The notes beneath the pieces are model-generated. The model did not search any database. It was not told where the DNA came from and was given only the letters and a program-made list of their open reading frames with translations. 64,000 bases of DNA from an uncultured Thermoplasmata archaeon (GTDB lineage: Archaea; Thermoplasmatota; Thermoplasmata; UBA10834): positions 35,244 through 99,243 of the forward strand of contig CAZXWO010000002.1 of the NCBI GenBank assembly GCA_964644565.1, read 5' to 3'. Shown here in pieces: positions 19,874-28,992 of the stretch. How positions within the stretch are numbered: position 1 is the first letter of the stretch; the number at the start of each line of letters is the position of its first letter. The position numbers were made by a program, and so were the translations under genes.

Positions 19874-20279
19874 GGCTCCTCGCCCTCGGGCAGACGACCT
19901 CACCGGGGTCCACCGAGAGGACCTTGTACTTCATCCCGTCCGAGGCGCCCGGCGGGCGGCAGAGCCTATAGTTGGGACACCCGACCGCGTCGCAGTCGCC
20001 GTCCTCCCACGTGATCATGGACCCCTCCAGTGCGGACCTTGTGGGCAGGGCGGCCCTCGTGGGCACGCGCTCCACCTCGACGACACGGACCCCGCCCTCG
20101 TGCACCTTGCACTCGTGGTGGACCTCCCTGACGTCCCTGACCCTGTACCACCTGTTCTCCTCGAGGTGGAAGCAGACGTTCCTGACCTTGCACTCCCTGC
20201 ACTCAGCCAGGGGTCCTCCGAAGACGAACTCGAACCCTTTCCTGCACTGAAGCTCTCCGACGACCGTCACCAGTACCAT
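19851..20279 (-). CDS. UPF0179-family archaeal conserved protein
   Basis: MVLVTVVGELQCRKGFEFVFGGPLAECRECKV.. matches the conserved N-terminus of UPF0179 proteins; cysteine-rich. Overlaps the carboxypeptidase 3' end by 23 nt (convergent). Confidence 0.55.
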   Translation of the reverse strand: MVLVTVVGELQCRKGFEFVFGGPLAECRECKVRNVCFHLEENRWYRVRDVREVHHECKVHEGGVRVVEVERVPTRAALPTRSALEGSMITWEDGDCDAVGCPNYRLCRPPGASDGMKYKVLSVDPGEVVCPRARSLRVVSLE

Positions 20280-20294
20280 TGCCGAGACCTCCCA

Positions 20295-21329
20295 TCATAT
20301 CACTTTCGTGATCGTCGCCAGGCGTTCGGCCGCGTCGTTGGTCAGTCCCCGGTCACCCAGGATGGTGTACCTGTCCTTGCGCAGCTCGTGCGCGTGCACG
20401 AGCGCCTCTATGACCTGCTCCTTCGAGACCCCGAGCTCCTTTGCGCTCGTGGGTGCCCCGATGAGCTGGAGGGCGTTCCGTATGCGTTGCCAGTCCCCTC
20501 CGTGCAGGTACATCATCATGACCGTCCCGACGCCGCATTGCTCTCCGTGGAGGGCCTTGCCGGGCGCGATTCTATCGAGAACGTGGGAGAACATGTGCTC
20601 GGAGCCGCTGGTGGGGCGGGACGAGCCTGCGACGGCCATCGATATCCCGGAGACTATGATCGGCCTGATGGCGATCCACACGCTGTCCTCCAGGTTCGGC
20701 TTGATGGCGGCCGCGTTCTCTATGATGGCCTCTGCGGCGTACTTGGCGAGGTTCGCCGCGCTGGAGCTGATGAACTCGCTCCTGAGCCTGTCGGCGAGCT
20801 GCCAGTCGAGTATGGCCGAGGTGTTGGATATGACGTCGGCGCAGCCTGCCGCGAGCAGCCTGTACGGCGCCTTGAAGATGATCTTGGTATCGGCGATGAT
20901 CCCCACGGGCACGCTGGCGTTCAGCGACAGGGAGTTGCCCCCGTCCTTTATGGACGCCCTCGGGCTGGCTATGCCGTCGTGGGAAGCGGAGGTCGGCACG
21001 CTCAGGAAGGGCATCTTGAGGTTGAACGACGCGAGCTTGGCGAGGTCTATCTTGCTCCCGCCCCCGACCCCCATGAGGAAGGAGGCCTTCACGTCCTTCG
21101 CGACCTCCTCGACCTTGACGAGGTTGGCCCTGCTCGCCTCGCCGACGACGATCGTCTGGACGTCGAACCCCTTGTCCTGGAGGATCTGGCCGACCTGCTC
21201 GGCGGCGAGCTCGCCCGTCGTCTGCCCCGTCACTATGAGGGCCGTCCCCTTGAGCTCGAACTCCTCGCACATGGCCCCCGCCTGGCCTATGACGTCGTGG
21301 CCGGCGAGGACCTGCCTCGGGAAGCTCAT
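20295..21329 (-). CDS. egsA: sn-Glycerol-1-phosphate dehydrogenase (archaeal lipid biosynthesis)
   Basis: MSFPRQVLAGHDVIGQAG...GVGGGSKIDLAK (NAD-binding GGG), metal-binding His motifs. Start chosen at MSFPRQV (the ORF in the track begins 9 codons upstream). Confidence 0.85.
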   Translation of the reverse strand: MSFPRQVLAGHDVIGQAGAMCEEFELKGTALIVTGQTTGELAAEQVGQILQDKGFDVQTIVVGEASRANLVKVEEVAKDVKASFLMGVGGGSKIDLAKLASFNLKMPFLSVPTSASHDGIASPRASIKDGGNSLSLNASVPVGIIADTKIIFKAPYRLLAAGCADVISNTSAILDWQLADRLRSEFISSSAANLAKYAAEAIIENAAAIKPNLEDSVWIAIRPIIVSGISMAVAGSSRPTSGSEHMFSHVLDRIAPGKALHGEQCGVGTVMMMYLHGGDWQRIRNALQLIGAPTSAKELGVSKEQVIEALVHAHELRKDRYTILGDRGLTNDAAERLATITKVI

Positions 21330-21454
21330 CGCGCGCACCTTCGTGAATCCATCCATGTGGACGCCCTACCCTCGCACTAATATGCTCGTCCTGTTCTTCA
21401 ACTTATCGGTTTGTATCCTGGTATCAGAATATATGTGCCAGCAGGTGCCAGTCG

Positions 21455-21805
21455 TCAGGCGGCCGACACTCTCTCCATCTTCTCGATGAGGTCGTCCATA
21501 CGGAACGGCTTCGGGAGGAACTCCGAGGCGCCCGCGTCCCTCGCGTCCTTCTCGATGAGGACGTCCGCGCTCACGAAGATGATCTTCTGCGTGGGATTGT
21601 TCCTGATGATCTCCTTAGTGGCCTCGACGCCGTTCATGACCGGCATCCTGTGGTCCATGATGATGACGTCGGGCTTCTCGGGGATGGACCCGTACCTCTT
21701 CACCGCCTCCTCCCCGTCGAAAGCCGTGCCCACCACCTTGTACCCCCTGAGCTGCAGGATGTCCCGGTAGAGCTCCACTATGAAGAGCTCGTCGTCGACT
21801 ATCAT
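21455..21805 (-). CDS. Response regulator receiver protein (CheY-like, stand-alone REC)
   Basis: MIVDDELFIVE...DVIIMDHRMPVMNG...KIIFVSA with conserved Asp pocket and Lys. Start 8 nt downstream of the kinase stop. Confidence 0.8.
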   Translation of the reverse strand: MIVDDELFIVELYRDILQLRGYKVVGTAFDGEEAVKRYGSIPEKPDVIIMDHRMPVMNGVEATKEIIRNNPTQKIIFVSADVLIEKDARDAGASEFLPKPFRMDDLIEKMERVSAA

Positions 21806-21813
21806 GACGGTCG

Positions 21814-22533
21814 TCACCGGGGCCTCACCCCCTCGAGCGTGACCTCGAAGGCGCACCCGCGGTTCCTCTTCGGGTCCAGCACGCGGGAGGTGACGCCGCC
21901 CCCGAGCGCGCGCGCCACGCTGCTGGCGAACACCGCCCCCGACACCCTCGCCATCTTGGAGGTGTCCCCTGGGCTGGCGTGCGCGAAGAGGTCGTCCCCG
22001 ACCCCCTGCGGGAGGACGGCGTTGGGGGACGACACCTCGACCCTCACCTCGGTGCCCGCCTTGCGCCGTGCCGGGCGGACCTTGACCTCGACCCTCACCC
22101 TCTGCGCAGGGTCCAGCTGGACGAGGTTGATGATGAGGTTCGTGAAGAGGTCGGACACGCAGTTCGCCCCGATGACCCTGGTCCCCGCGGCGACCCCTGA
22201 AGTGTCCACCGTGACCTTCTTGTGGGGGAAGAGGCTCGACACCTCGCGGCCCACGTCGGCGAGCGTCTCCCTCAGGTCCACGGGCGAGGTCGGGATCCTC
22301 CCGCCCCTGCTCGAGCTCACGAAGCGCCTGACCCCGTCCAGGAGCACGGAGGAGGTCCTGAGCTGCGAGGCGGCCTTCTCGGCGAACTCCTTGGTCCTAC
22401 CGTCCACCTCCGATGAGTGGATGAGCTCAAGGTAGCTCAGGGTCGCCTGGTTGTTGTTCAGGATGTCGTGGCTGAGGAGGTCCATGAGGACGCCTACCTC
22501 CTCGGGGCCGACGCAGCCCTTCTTATCTGACAA
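21814..22533 (-). CDS. Sensor-less histidine kinase (HisKA + HATPase_c only)
   Basis: H-box MDLLSHDILNNNQATLSYLELI, then N/G-box-like ATPase segments. Start uncertain (TTG at 22533 or ATG at 22485); a TATA-like catatatt lies about 25 nt upstream of the TTG. Confidence 0.7.
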   Translation of the reverse strand: MSDKKGCVGPEEVGVLMDLLSHDILNNNQATLSYLELIHSSEVDGRTKEFAEKAASQLRTSSVLLDGVRRFVSSSRGGRIPTSPVDLRETLADVGREVSSLFPHKKVTVDTSGVAAGTRVIGANCVSDLFTNLIINLVQLDPAQRVRVEVKVRPARRKAGTEVRVEVSSPNAVLPQGVGDDLFAHASPGDTSKMARVSGAVFASSVARALGGGVTSRVLDPKRNRGCAFEVTLEGVRPR

Positions 22534-22812
22534 TGCAAGTCCCTCGGGTGTATGCCAATATATGCGAACGATATTGCGCCTTAAGTACCTTTTCCGCTGG
22601 CGGGTTCTGTACAAAGTCGGGTGATACATGTAGGGCGAAGCGCGAATACCCAGCGCCATGATCGGTCCCCTCATGCCCGATGAGGCATTCGCGCGGGCCG
22701 GAGCCGAACGGGACGAGTCACCTGTCGAAGCGGTCAGAAGGGTTACCATCCGACTATTGACAGAACCCCGCTGGCGCTCACATCCCGACAGCGAACGGGC
22801 AGGTCAGCGCCC

Positions 22813-23601
22813 TCAGGCGCCGAAGTCCTCGAGGGTGACCCTCGGCTGGGGGGACTCCTCCTGGGCGCCTTCGCCGACCCACTTCCAGTAGTTCTTGGGC
22901 AGGGGCTCCGCCGAGTACTTCGGGTCCCTCCTCGTCTCCAGGTGCTTCACGTCCGAGAGGAGCGTCCAGTACCTGCCCGAGTCCTTCCGGGAGAGCTTCT
23001 CGGGGAACCTCCTCCTCGAGTCTGTGAGCACCTCGTTGTTGTAGAGGATGTGCACGTCCTCCTCCCCGATGAGGGCGATGGATCGGCCGGGCCTCCTCTT
23101 GGCGAAGTGTCTCAGGACGAGGTCGGCTATGTCGTGCTCGAAGCTCGCCCTACCCACGAGGGCCTTGTTCCTCTCGTCCTCCTGGAACACGATGGCCCCC
23201 CTGGCCCTCCTGAACTCCCCCACGACGCGCCTGATCCTGTCCTTCATCTCCTTGGACTCCGGGCTGCCCTGGGCGAGGTACCCCCTGGTGCCCTCCCTCT
23301 CTATCTGCCCCAGTACCGTGAATATGAGGTTGAACCTGTCCGGGGAGTCGTACCTCGAGGCCCAGAACACCTCGTCCTCGACTATCTCGTACAGCTTCTC
23401 GTCCTCGAGGAAGTCGAGGCCCCCGAACCTGTCTCGGAACTGCCGGTACTGAGCGTCGTAGTCCGCGGCGTCCGCGTCGACCGTCTCGTCGAAGTAGAAC
23501 TGCCTCCCCGCCTCGCGCAGGGTGGGCTTGGCCCCGGTGACCCTGCTCACCAGGAAGGCGGTTATGATCGACCTCGGGGTGCGCCCGAACAGGACCAGCA
23601 T
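22813..23601 (-). CDS. Hypothetical protein (262 aa)
   Basis: Well-formed ORF with mixed charged composition; no motif recognised. Confidence 0.45.
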   Translation of the reverse strand: MLVLFGRTPRSIITAFLVSRVTGAKPTLREAGRQFYFDETVDADAADYDAQYRQFRDRFGGLDFLEDEKLYEIVEDEVFWASRYDSPDRFNLIFTVLGQIEREGTRGYLAQGSPESKEMKDRIRRVVGEFRRARGAIVFQEDERNKALVGRASFEHDIADLVLRHFAKRRPGRSIALIGEEDVHILYNNEVLTDSRRRFPEKLSRKDSGRYWTLLSDVKHLETRRDPKYSAEPLPKNYWKWVGEGAQEESPQPRVTLEDFGA

Positions 23602-23702
23602 CGTGAAATCGCTCCAGGTAATTATAATCTAATCCGGATATAAGCTTTGGCCAAACGTCGCGAAAAGCAGGCGCCTCAAAAAGGATATCTACCAAATGCG
23701 CC

Positions 23703-25817
23703 ATGATAACCCGAGTGACCCCCACCGAGGACGGCGGGGCGACCAGGAAGTTGGGCGCCTCCGCGCTACTGGAACAGGCCAACGCCGCTTACGACGCGGG
23801 CGACTACTCGCGCGCACTAACGCTCTTCGACGAGGCCATGTCCTCAGGCGTGGACACCGAGGTCGTGCACAACAACAGGGCCGCGGCGCTCGACGCCATG
23901 GGGGAGTACGAGCGCGCGACCGAGGGCTACAGGGCGGCGACGAAGCGCGCGCCCGGGTACGAGCTCGCATGGCACAACCTCGGCAACTGCCTCTTCGCGC
24001 GCGGCCTCTACGAGGAGGCCGCGGACGCCTACAGGAAGGCCTCATCCCTCAACCCGTCGAGGCTCCAGAACCTGGCGGGGCTCGCCAATTCATACTCGAA
24101 GCTGGGGAAGGCGCGGAGGGCCAAGTCGACCGTCGACAGGATGTTCAACTCCGGCTCCAGGGACCCTGCGCTGAACCTTATGGCCGCCGAGATACTCCTG
24201 GACCTGGGCCTCTACAGCGAGGCGGCCGACGCGGTCAAGGAGCACATGAGGCTCCGCGGCGACTCGGCGGAGGCGCTGTCCATGCTGGGGACCGCGTGCC
24301 ACGAGTCAGGGGACTTCGCCCGCGCGGTCCAGTCCTTCGAGAGGGCCCTCGCGCTGTCCCCGAACAACAAGGAGCTCCTCAACAACATGGGCTACTCCCT
24401 CTTCTGCGCGGGCTTCCTCGAGCCCGCCCTCGCGGCGTTCGACAGCGCCCTGGACATAGACCCGTTCTACAAGCACGCATGGTACAACAAGGGGTACTCG
24501 TACCACGGCGCGGAGAGGCTGAAAGACGCCGTCGAGTGCTACAGGAAGGCGCTCGAGATAGACTCGAGGGACCGGGTGCTCTGGAACAACCTCGGGAACG
24601 CGCTGTACAACCTCGGCAGGTTCGCCGAGTCGATACCGCTCTTCGTCGAGGCCCTCCGGGTGGACCCTGACTACGAGATCGCCTGGAACAATATAGGCAA
24701 CGCCCTGGAGAAGCTGGGCATGTGGGCCGAGGCGATACCGTTCCACGAGCGCTCCCTGGAGATCCGCCCGGACTTCGACTACGCCCTCTACGCGAAGGGC
24801 ATGTGCCTCTCCATGACCGGCAGGCCCGAGGAGGGGTACGACCTCATACTCGAGTCCATCGCCCTCAACCCTGACTATGACGAGGCCTGGAAGGCCAGGT
24901 CCAGGGTCGCCAGGCAGCTGGGGCGCTGGGACGAGGCGCTGAACGCGATAGAGGAGTCCCTGGCCGTGAACCCAGGGTACGCGGAGGGGTGGGCTGACCG
25001 GGGCGACATACTGTCCGCGATGGGCGACCTGGTCGGGGCGGAGGCATCGTACAGGTCCTCGCTGAACATGTTCCCGCCTATGCGGAACGGGTCGCAGGGG
25101 GAGTCAGCGCAGCTCAGGCGCAAGGCGGAGGTGCTCCTCCGCATGGGCAGGCTCGCCGACGCCATATCCCTCCTGTGCGACGCGATGGCCACGAGGACGT
25201 TCGACCCAGGCATCGCCACCCAGTGCATCGGGATCCTCAGGGTGTCGTCCCAGACGCCGATCCCCGAGGGCCTCATGTCCGCCCTCGAGTCGGTCGCGGA
25301 CCCCCGGGTCCTGCTCGACTACTGCGAGCTCCTCCTGGACAGGGGGATGCACGACGAGGCGCTCGTCGTCCTGGAGAGGGTCGCCTCGGCCGAGGGGCAC
25401 CGCGAGCGGGTCTCCTACCTCGAGGCGCGCGCGTACGCCAGGGCAGGCATACCGGAGGATGAGGTCGAGGCCCTGCTCTCCGGCCTTTCGTCCGGCGCGG
25501 CCCACAGGCTCAAGGGCGAGCTCGCCGAGGCGAAGGGCGAGTTCACTGTCGCGGAGTCGGAGTACGTCAAGGCCATCGAGGCCGAGCCGTCCGACTACAC
25601 CTCGTCGGAGTCCCTCGCCCGCGTGAGGCTCAGGCTGGGCAAGCCCAAGGAGGCCCTGCATGCCGCGAGGACCGCCCTGGGGATCGACCCGACCGAGCCC
25701 GGGGCGATCGGGCTCATCCGGAGGGCGCAGCAGGCGCTGGCGGGGGAGGCCTCCAAGCGGCCCGCGGACGCCGGCCCCGACGCCGCAGCGAAGGATGAGG
25801 GGGGCGGACCGGAGTGA
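23703..25817 (+). CDS. Tetratricopeptide-repeat (TPR) protein, about 18 repeats
   Basis: Repeated 34-aa units with W-LG-Y / A-F-A-P consensus throughout the 704 aa (e.g. AWHNLGNCLFARGLYEEAADAYRKA). Confidence 0.8.
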   Translation: MITRVTPTEDGGATRKLGASALLEQANAAYDAGDYSRALTLFDEAMSSGVDTEVVHNNRAAALDAMGEYERATEGYRAATKRAPGYELAWHNLGNCLFARGLYEEAADAYRKASSLNPSRLQNLAGLANSYSKLGKARRAKSTVDRMFNSGSRDPALNLMAAEILLDLGLYSEAADAVKEHMRLRGDSAEALSMLGTACHESGDFARAVQSFERALALSPNNKELLNNMGYSLFCAGFLEPALAAFDSALDIDPFYKHAWYNKGYSYHGAERLKDAVECYRKALEIDSRDRVLWNNLGNALYNLGRFAESIPLFVEALRVDPDYEIAWNNIGNALEKLGMWAEAIPFHERSLEIRPDFDYALYAKGMCLSMTGRPEEGYDLILESIALNPDYDEAWKARSRVARQLGRWDEALNAIEESLAVNPGYAEGWADRGDILSAMGDLVGAEASYRSSLNMFPPMRNGSQGESAQLRRKAEVLLRMGRLADAISLLCDAMATRTFDPGIATQCIGILRVSSQTPIPEGLMSALESVADPRVLLDYCELLLDRGMHDEALVVLERVASAEGHRERVSYLEARAYARAGIPEDEVEALLSGLSSGAAHRLKGELAEAKGEFTVAESEYVKAIEAEPSDYTSSESLARVRLRLGKPKEALHAARTALGIDPTEPGAIGLIRRAQQALAGEASKRPADAGPDAAAKDEGGGPE

Positions 25818-26341
25818 GCGAGATACGCCTCAGGAAGAGGCACAGGATGAGGCAGAAGGACATCGCGGCCATAGCCTCGGCGGTCGAGGCCGCGACCGGC
25901 GCGAAGGTGTTCTCCCCCTCCGACACGGTCGACATGGCCGAGGGCCCGGGCTACGACGCCGTCATCGTGGACGGGAAGGTCCTTGCGGTGGTCATCGACG
26001 GCGTGCCGTTCCTGACCGTCCGGGGGCTGCTGAGGTACGCGGCCACCAGGAGGTTCGTCACCGTCGACATGGGCGCGGTCAGGTTCGTGGCCAACGGGGC
26101 CGACGTGATGGGGCCGGGCGTCGTCGACGCGGACGCGTCCATATCCGAGGGGGACTTCGTCTGGGTGCGGGACGAGAGGAACAGGCGCCCCCTCGCGATA
26201 GGGAGGGCCCTGGTGACGGGCGAGTCGATGCGGTCCAAGCCGAAGGGGAAGGTGGTCTCCTCGGTCCACTTCGTTGGCGACAAGCTGTGGCTTGTCGACG
26301 AGGAGGAGGAAGAGGAACCAGAGCCTGAGCCCGACCAGTAG
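25814..26341 (+). CDS. PUA-domain RNA-binding protein (Tma20/MCT-1-like)
   Basis: GTG start overlapping the TPR stop (GTGA); central PUA-like segment (VVDMGAVRFVANGADVMGPGV...GDFVWV..RPLAIG); acidic C-terminal tail EEEEEEPEPEPDQ. Confidence 0.6.
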   Translation: MSEIRLRKRHRMRQKDIAAIASAVEAATGAKVFSPSDTVDMAEGPGYDAVIVDGKVLAVVIDGVPFLTVRGLLRYAATRRFVTVDMGAVRFVANGADVMGPGVVDADASISEGDFVWVRDERNRRPLAIGRALVTGESMRSKPKGKVVSSVHFVGDKLWLVDEEEEEEPEPEPDQ

Positions 26342-26378
26342 GATTTATATCCGAACAACGTTATTACTCTGGCGAGGG

Positions 26379-26780
26379 ATGCACTTGACGATTCTCAAGA
26401 AGAAACCCTTCTCCGGGAACGCAGACTCCGAACCGAGGGAGACGATGGGAGCAGAGCAGTACATAGACCTGACCGACATGGTCTTCGAGGACGAGGGCGT
26501 CTTCGACACCGAGGGCGCGAAGACGGTCGTGAAGGTCGGCGAGATGTTCAGGTATGACGACCTGTCGAACCTGACGAGCCAGGTCTACAACGGGAACATC
26601 CTGATACTCGACTACACGTCGGTCGCCAACGACGACCTCACCATGAAGCGGCTGACGGCCGAGCTGAAGAACGTGGCCAGGGACGTGGACGGCGACGTCG
26701 CGGGCGTCGGCAAGAACCTGCTGATGGTCACCCCGAGAGGGATCAAGATCGACAGGAACAAGGTCAAGGGCGGCTTCTGA
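26379..26780 (+). CDS. sepF: Archaeal SepF-like cell-division protein
   Basis: EQYIDLTDMVFEDEG...KTVVKVGEMFRYDDLSNLTSQVYNGNILILDY...LLMVTPRGIKI resembles the SepF/DUF552 core. Confidence 0.55.
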   Translation: MHLTILKKKPFSGNADSEPRETMGAEQYIDLTDMVFEDEGVFDTEGAKTVVKVGEMFRYDDLSNLTSQVYNGNILILDYTSVANDDLTMKRLTAELKNVARDVDGDVAGVGKNLLMVTPRGIKIDRNKVKGGF

Positions 26781-26791
26781 GCCGCCCCACA

Positions 26792-27520
26792 TCACTCCGA
26801 CAGCGGGGCGATGGCCGAGAACCTTCCATCCTTGTAGAGCAGCGTGAGGTATCCGTGGTGGATCTTCGAGTGCCTCAGCTTGACCGCCCTGATCCTCAGC
26901 TGCACGTCCGTCTCCCCGACCTCCACGAACCTCAGGAGTATCGCGCCGTCGGCGAGGAAGTCCTCGTTGTAGGGCCCGAAGGCGTTCCCGTTCTGCTGCG
27001 TCTCCGAGATGAGGAAGGTCGTGACGCCGAGCTTCTTGAGGAAGCCGAAGAAGTGGAACAGCTCCTGCCTCGGGTTCGGTATCGTCGCGAGGGAGTAGAT
27101 GGCGGTAAGGGAGTCGACGACGACGACCTCGACGCCCTCGTTCTCCACCTTCTTCCTCAGGTACTCCTTGAGGATCTTGAACCAGTCCCTGCCGACGTCC
27201 GCGTCGGTGTGCTCCAGCCTCAGCTTCCCTATGTCGACGATGAAGAACTTGTTCTCGTCGACCTTGCCGAGGCCGAGCATCTCTATGGCGGACAGGAGGC
27301 TCTCCTTGCTCTCCTCGATGCTCACGTAGAGGACGTTGACGCCCTTCTTCTTGACGTTGTTGATGAGCATGTTCATGGCGATGGACGACTTCATCGTGCC
27401 TGGGGTGCCTGCGAGGAGGATCACGTGGCCCTTCCTCACGCCTCCGCCGATCTTGTTGTCGAAGCCGTCGATGAACAGCTGGACCCTGTCTTCGCTATCC
27501 GTGCCGAAATCAGATGTCAT
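26792..27520 (-). CDS. KaiC-like / RecA-superfamily ATPase (third paralog)
   Basis: FIDGFDNKIGGGVRKGHVILLAGTPGTMKSSIAMN.. Walker A, VVVVDSLT Walker B. Convergent with sepF. Confidence 0.75.
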   Translation of the reverse strand: MTSDFGTDSEDRVQLFIDGFDNKIGGGVRKGHVILLAGTPGTMKSSIAMNMLINNVKKKGVNVLYVSIEESKESLLSAIEMLGLGKVDENKFFIVDIGKLRLEHTDADVGRDWFKILKEYLRKKVENEGVEVVVVDSLTAIYSLATIPNPRQELFHFFGFLKKLGVTTFLISETQQNGNAFGPYNEDFLADGAILLRFVEVGETDVQLRIRAVKLRHSKIHHGYLTLLYKDGRFSAIAPLSE

Positions 27521-27690
27521 GGCGTGTCGCCTCCGGGGGAACGGGGCTGTGGTAAAGCATCTGCTGTCCCTCTTAAAAGCGTTTGTCCTCCGGAATCACT
27601 TTCAATAATGTCCCGGCGCCCGGGAGCGCCCGCCCCGGGCGATGCAGTCTCTGTCAACCATTATATCCGGATAATGTGTCATCGGGTCCG

Positions 27691-28992
27691 ATGGCCGAGC
27701 ACAAGATCATCAGGGACTCGGTGCACGGGAGCATCAGGGTGGACCAGGAGTTCCTGGCCCTCGCCGCCGCCCCGGAGCTCCAGAGGCTCCACAGCATACA
27801 CCAGCTCGGCCTGGCCTACCTCGTATACCCCGGTGCCAACCACACCCGGTTCGAGCACTCGCTCGGCACGTTCGCGGTCGCCGGGCGGATGTGCGACTCG
27901 CTGGGCCTGGAGGCGGGGGAGGCCTCGCAGGTCAGGGCCGCCGCCCTCCTGCACGACATAGGCCATCTCCCCTATTCGCACACCTTCGAGATGGTGCTGC
28001 ACGAGCAGTTCGGGATAGACCACGCGGAGATCTCCCGGAGGATGATCAGGGGCGAGGACACAGTCCTGACGGAGGACGAGCGCAGGGTCCTGGGGAAGCA
28101 CGTGTCCGTCCCGGAGGCGATCGAGCGCATGGGCCTCGACCCCCGAGCGGTCGCCCGCCTGCTGGAGGGCGCCGAGGCCCCGGCGAAGGGCCTGGACACG
28201 CACCGGGGGCAGGCCCACTTCAACTCCAGGCGGTACCTCTCGCAGATCGTGAGCGGGACGGTCGACGCCGACCAGCTCGACTACCTCGTCCGCGACGCCC
28301 ACTACACGGGGGTCGCCTACGGGGTGATAGACCTGGACCGCCTCGTGGAGACGTTCGACCTCTTCAACGGCGACCTGGTCATAGAGAGGGGCGGCCTCAG
28401 CGCGGTGGAGGGCATGCTCGTCGCGAGGTCCCTCATGTTCACCTCGGTGTACTTCCACAAGACCGTACGCATATCGGAGCTCATGCTGGCCAAGGCCGTG
28501 GAGGGCTTCGGCCCTGAGGACATCTACTCCATGCACCAGATGACGGACGCCACCCTGCTCTCCAGGCTCAACTCGGGCGGAGGCCTGGGCCGGGAGATAG
28601 CCACCCTCATCAAGTACCGGAGGCTCTTCAAGAAGGCCTACGCCCTCGCCGTGACGGACGTCGCCGAGGGGCAGTGGGACGACATAGACCGCATGGGGGA
28701 CATGAGGCGGCGCAGATCCTTAGAAGAGGAGATAGCCACGAGGGCGGGCATCGAGCCCGGGCACGTGGTGATGGACGTGCCGTCGTCGGAGCTCCCCGTC
28801 TCCGAGCCCAGAATGTCACTCATGGACGTCAGGATACTCCAGCAGGGCAAGATCCGCCTCCTGCCCAGGCTCAGCCCGATAGCGTCCGCGCTCCAGTCCC
28901 GCAGGGCCCACGACTGGGCAGTGATGGTCGCCTGTCCTGAGAAGCACAAGGCGAAGGTCGCCAAGGCGGCCGCGAAGGTCCTCGGGCTCTAG
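27691..28992 (+). CDS. HD-domain phosphohydrolase (dGTPase/SAMHD1-like HD superfamily)
   Basis: MAEHKIIRDSVHGSIRV..., HTRFEHSLGT, LLHDIGHLPYSH, DYLVRDAHYTG motifs. Start set at MAEHK (the track ORF has a junk N-extension). Confidence 0.8.
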   Translation: MAEHKIIRDSVHGSIRVDQEFLALAAAPELQRLHSIHQLGLAYLVYPGANHTRFEHSLGTFAVAGRMCDSLGLEAGEASQVRAAALLHDIGHLPYSHTFEMVLHEQFGIDHAEISRRMIRGEDTVLTEDERRVLGKHVSVPEAIERMGLDPRAVARLLEGAEAPAKGLDTHRGQAHFNSRRYLSQIVSGTVDADQLDYLVRDAHYTGVAYGVIDLDRLVETFDLFNGDLVIERGGLSAVEGMLVARSLMFTSVYFHKTVRISELMLAKAVEGFGPEDIYSMHQMTDATLLSRLNSGGGLGREIATLIKYRRLFKKAYALAVTDVAEGQWDDIDRMGDMRRRRSLEEEIATRAGIEPGHVVMDVPSSELPVSEPRMSLMDVRILQQGKIRLLPRLSPIASALQSRRAHDWAVMVACPEKHKAKVAKAAAKVLGL

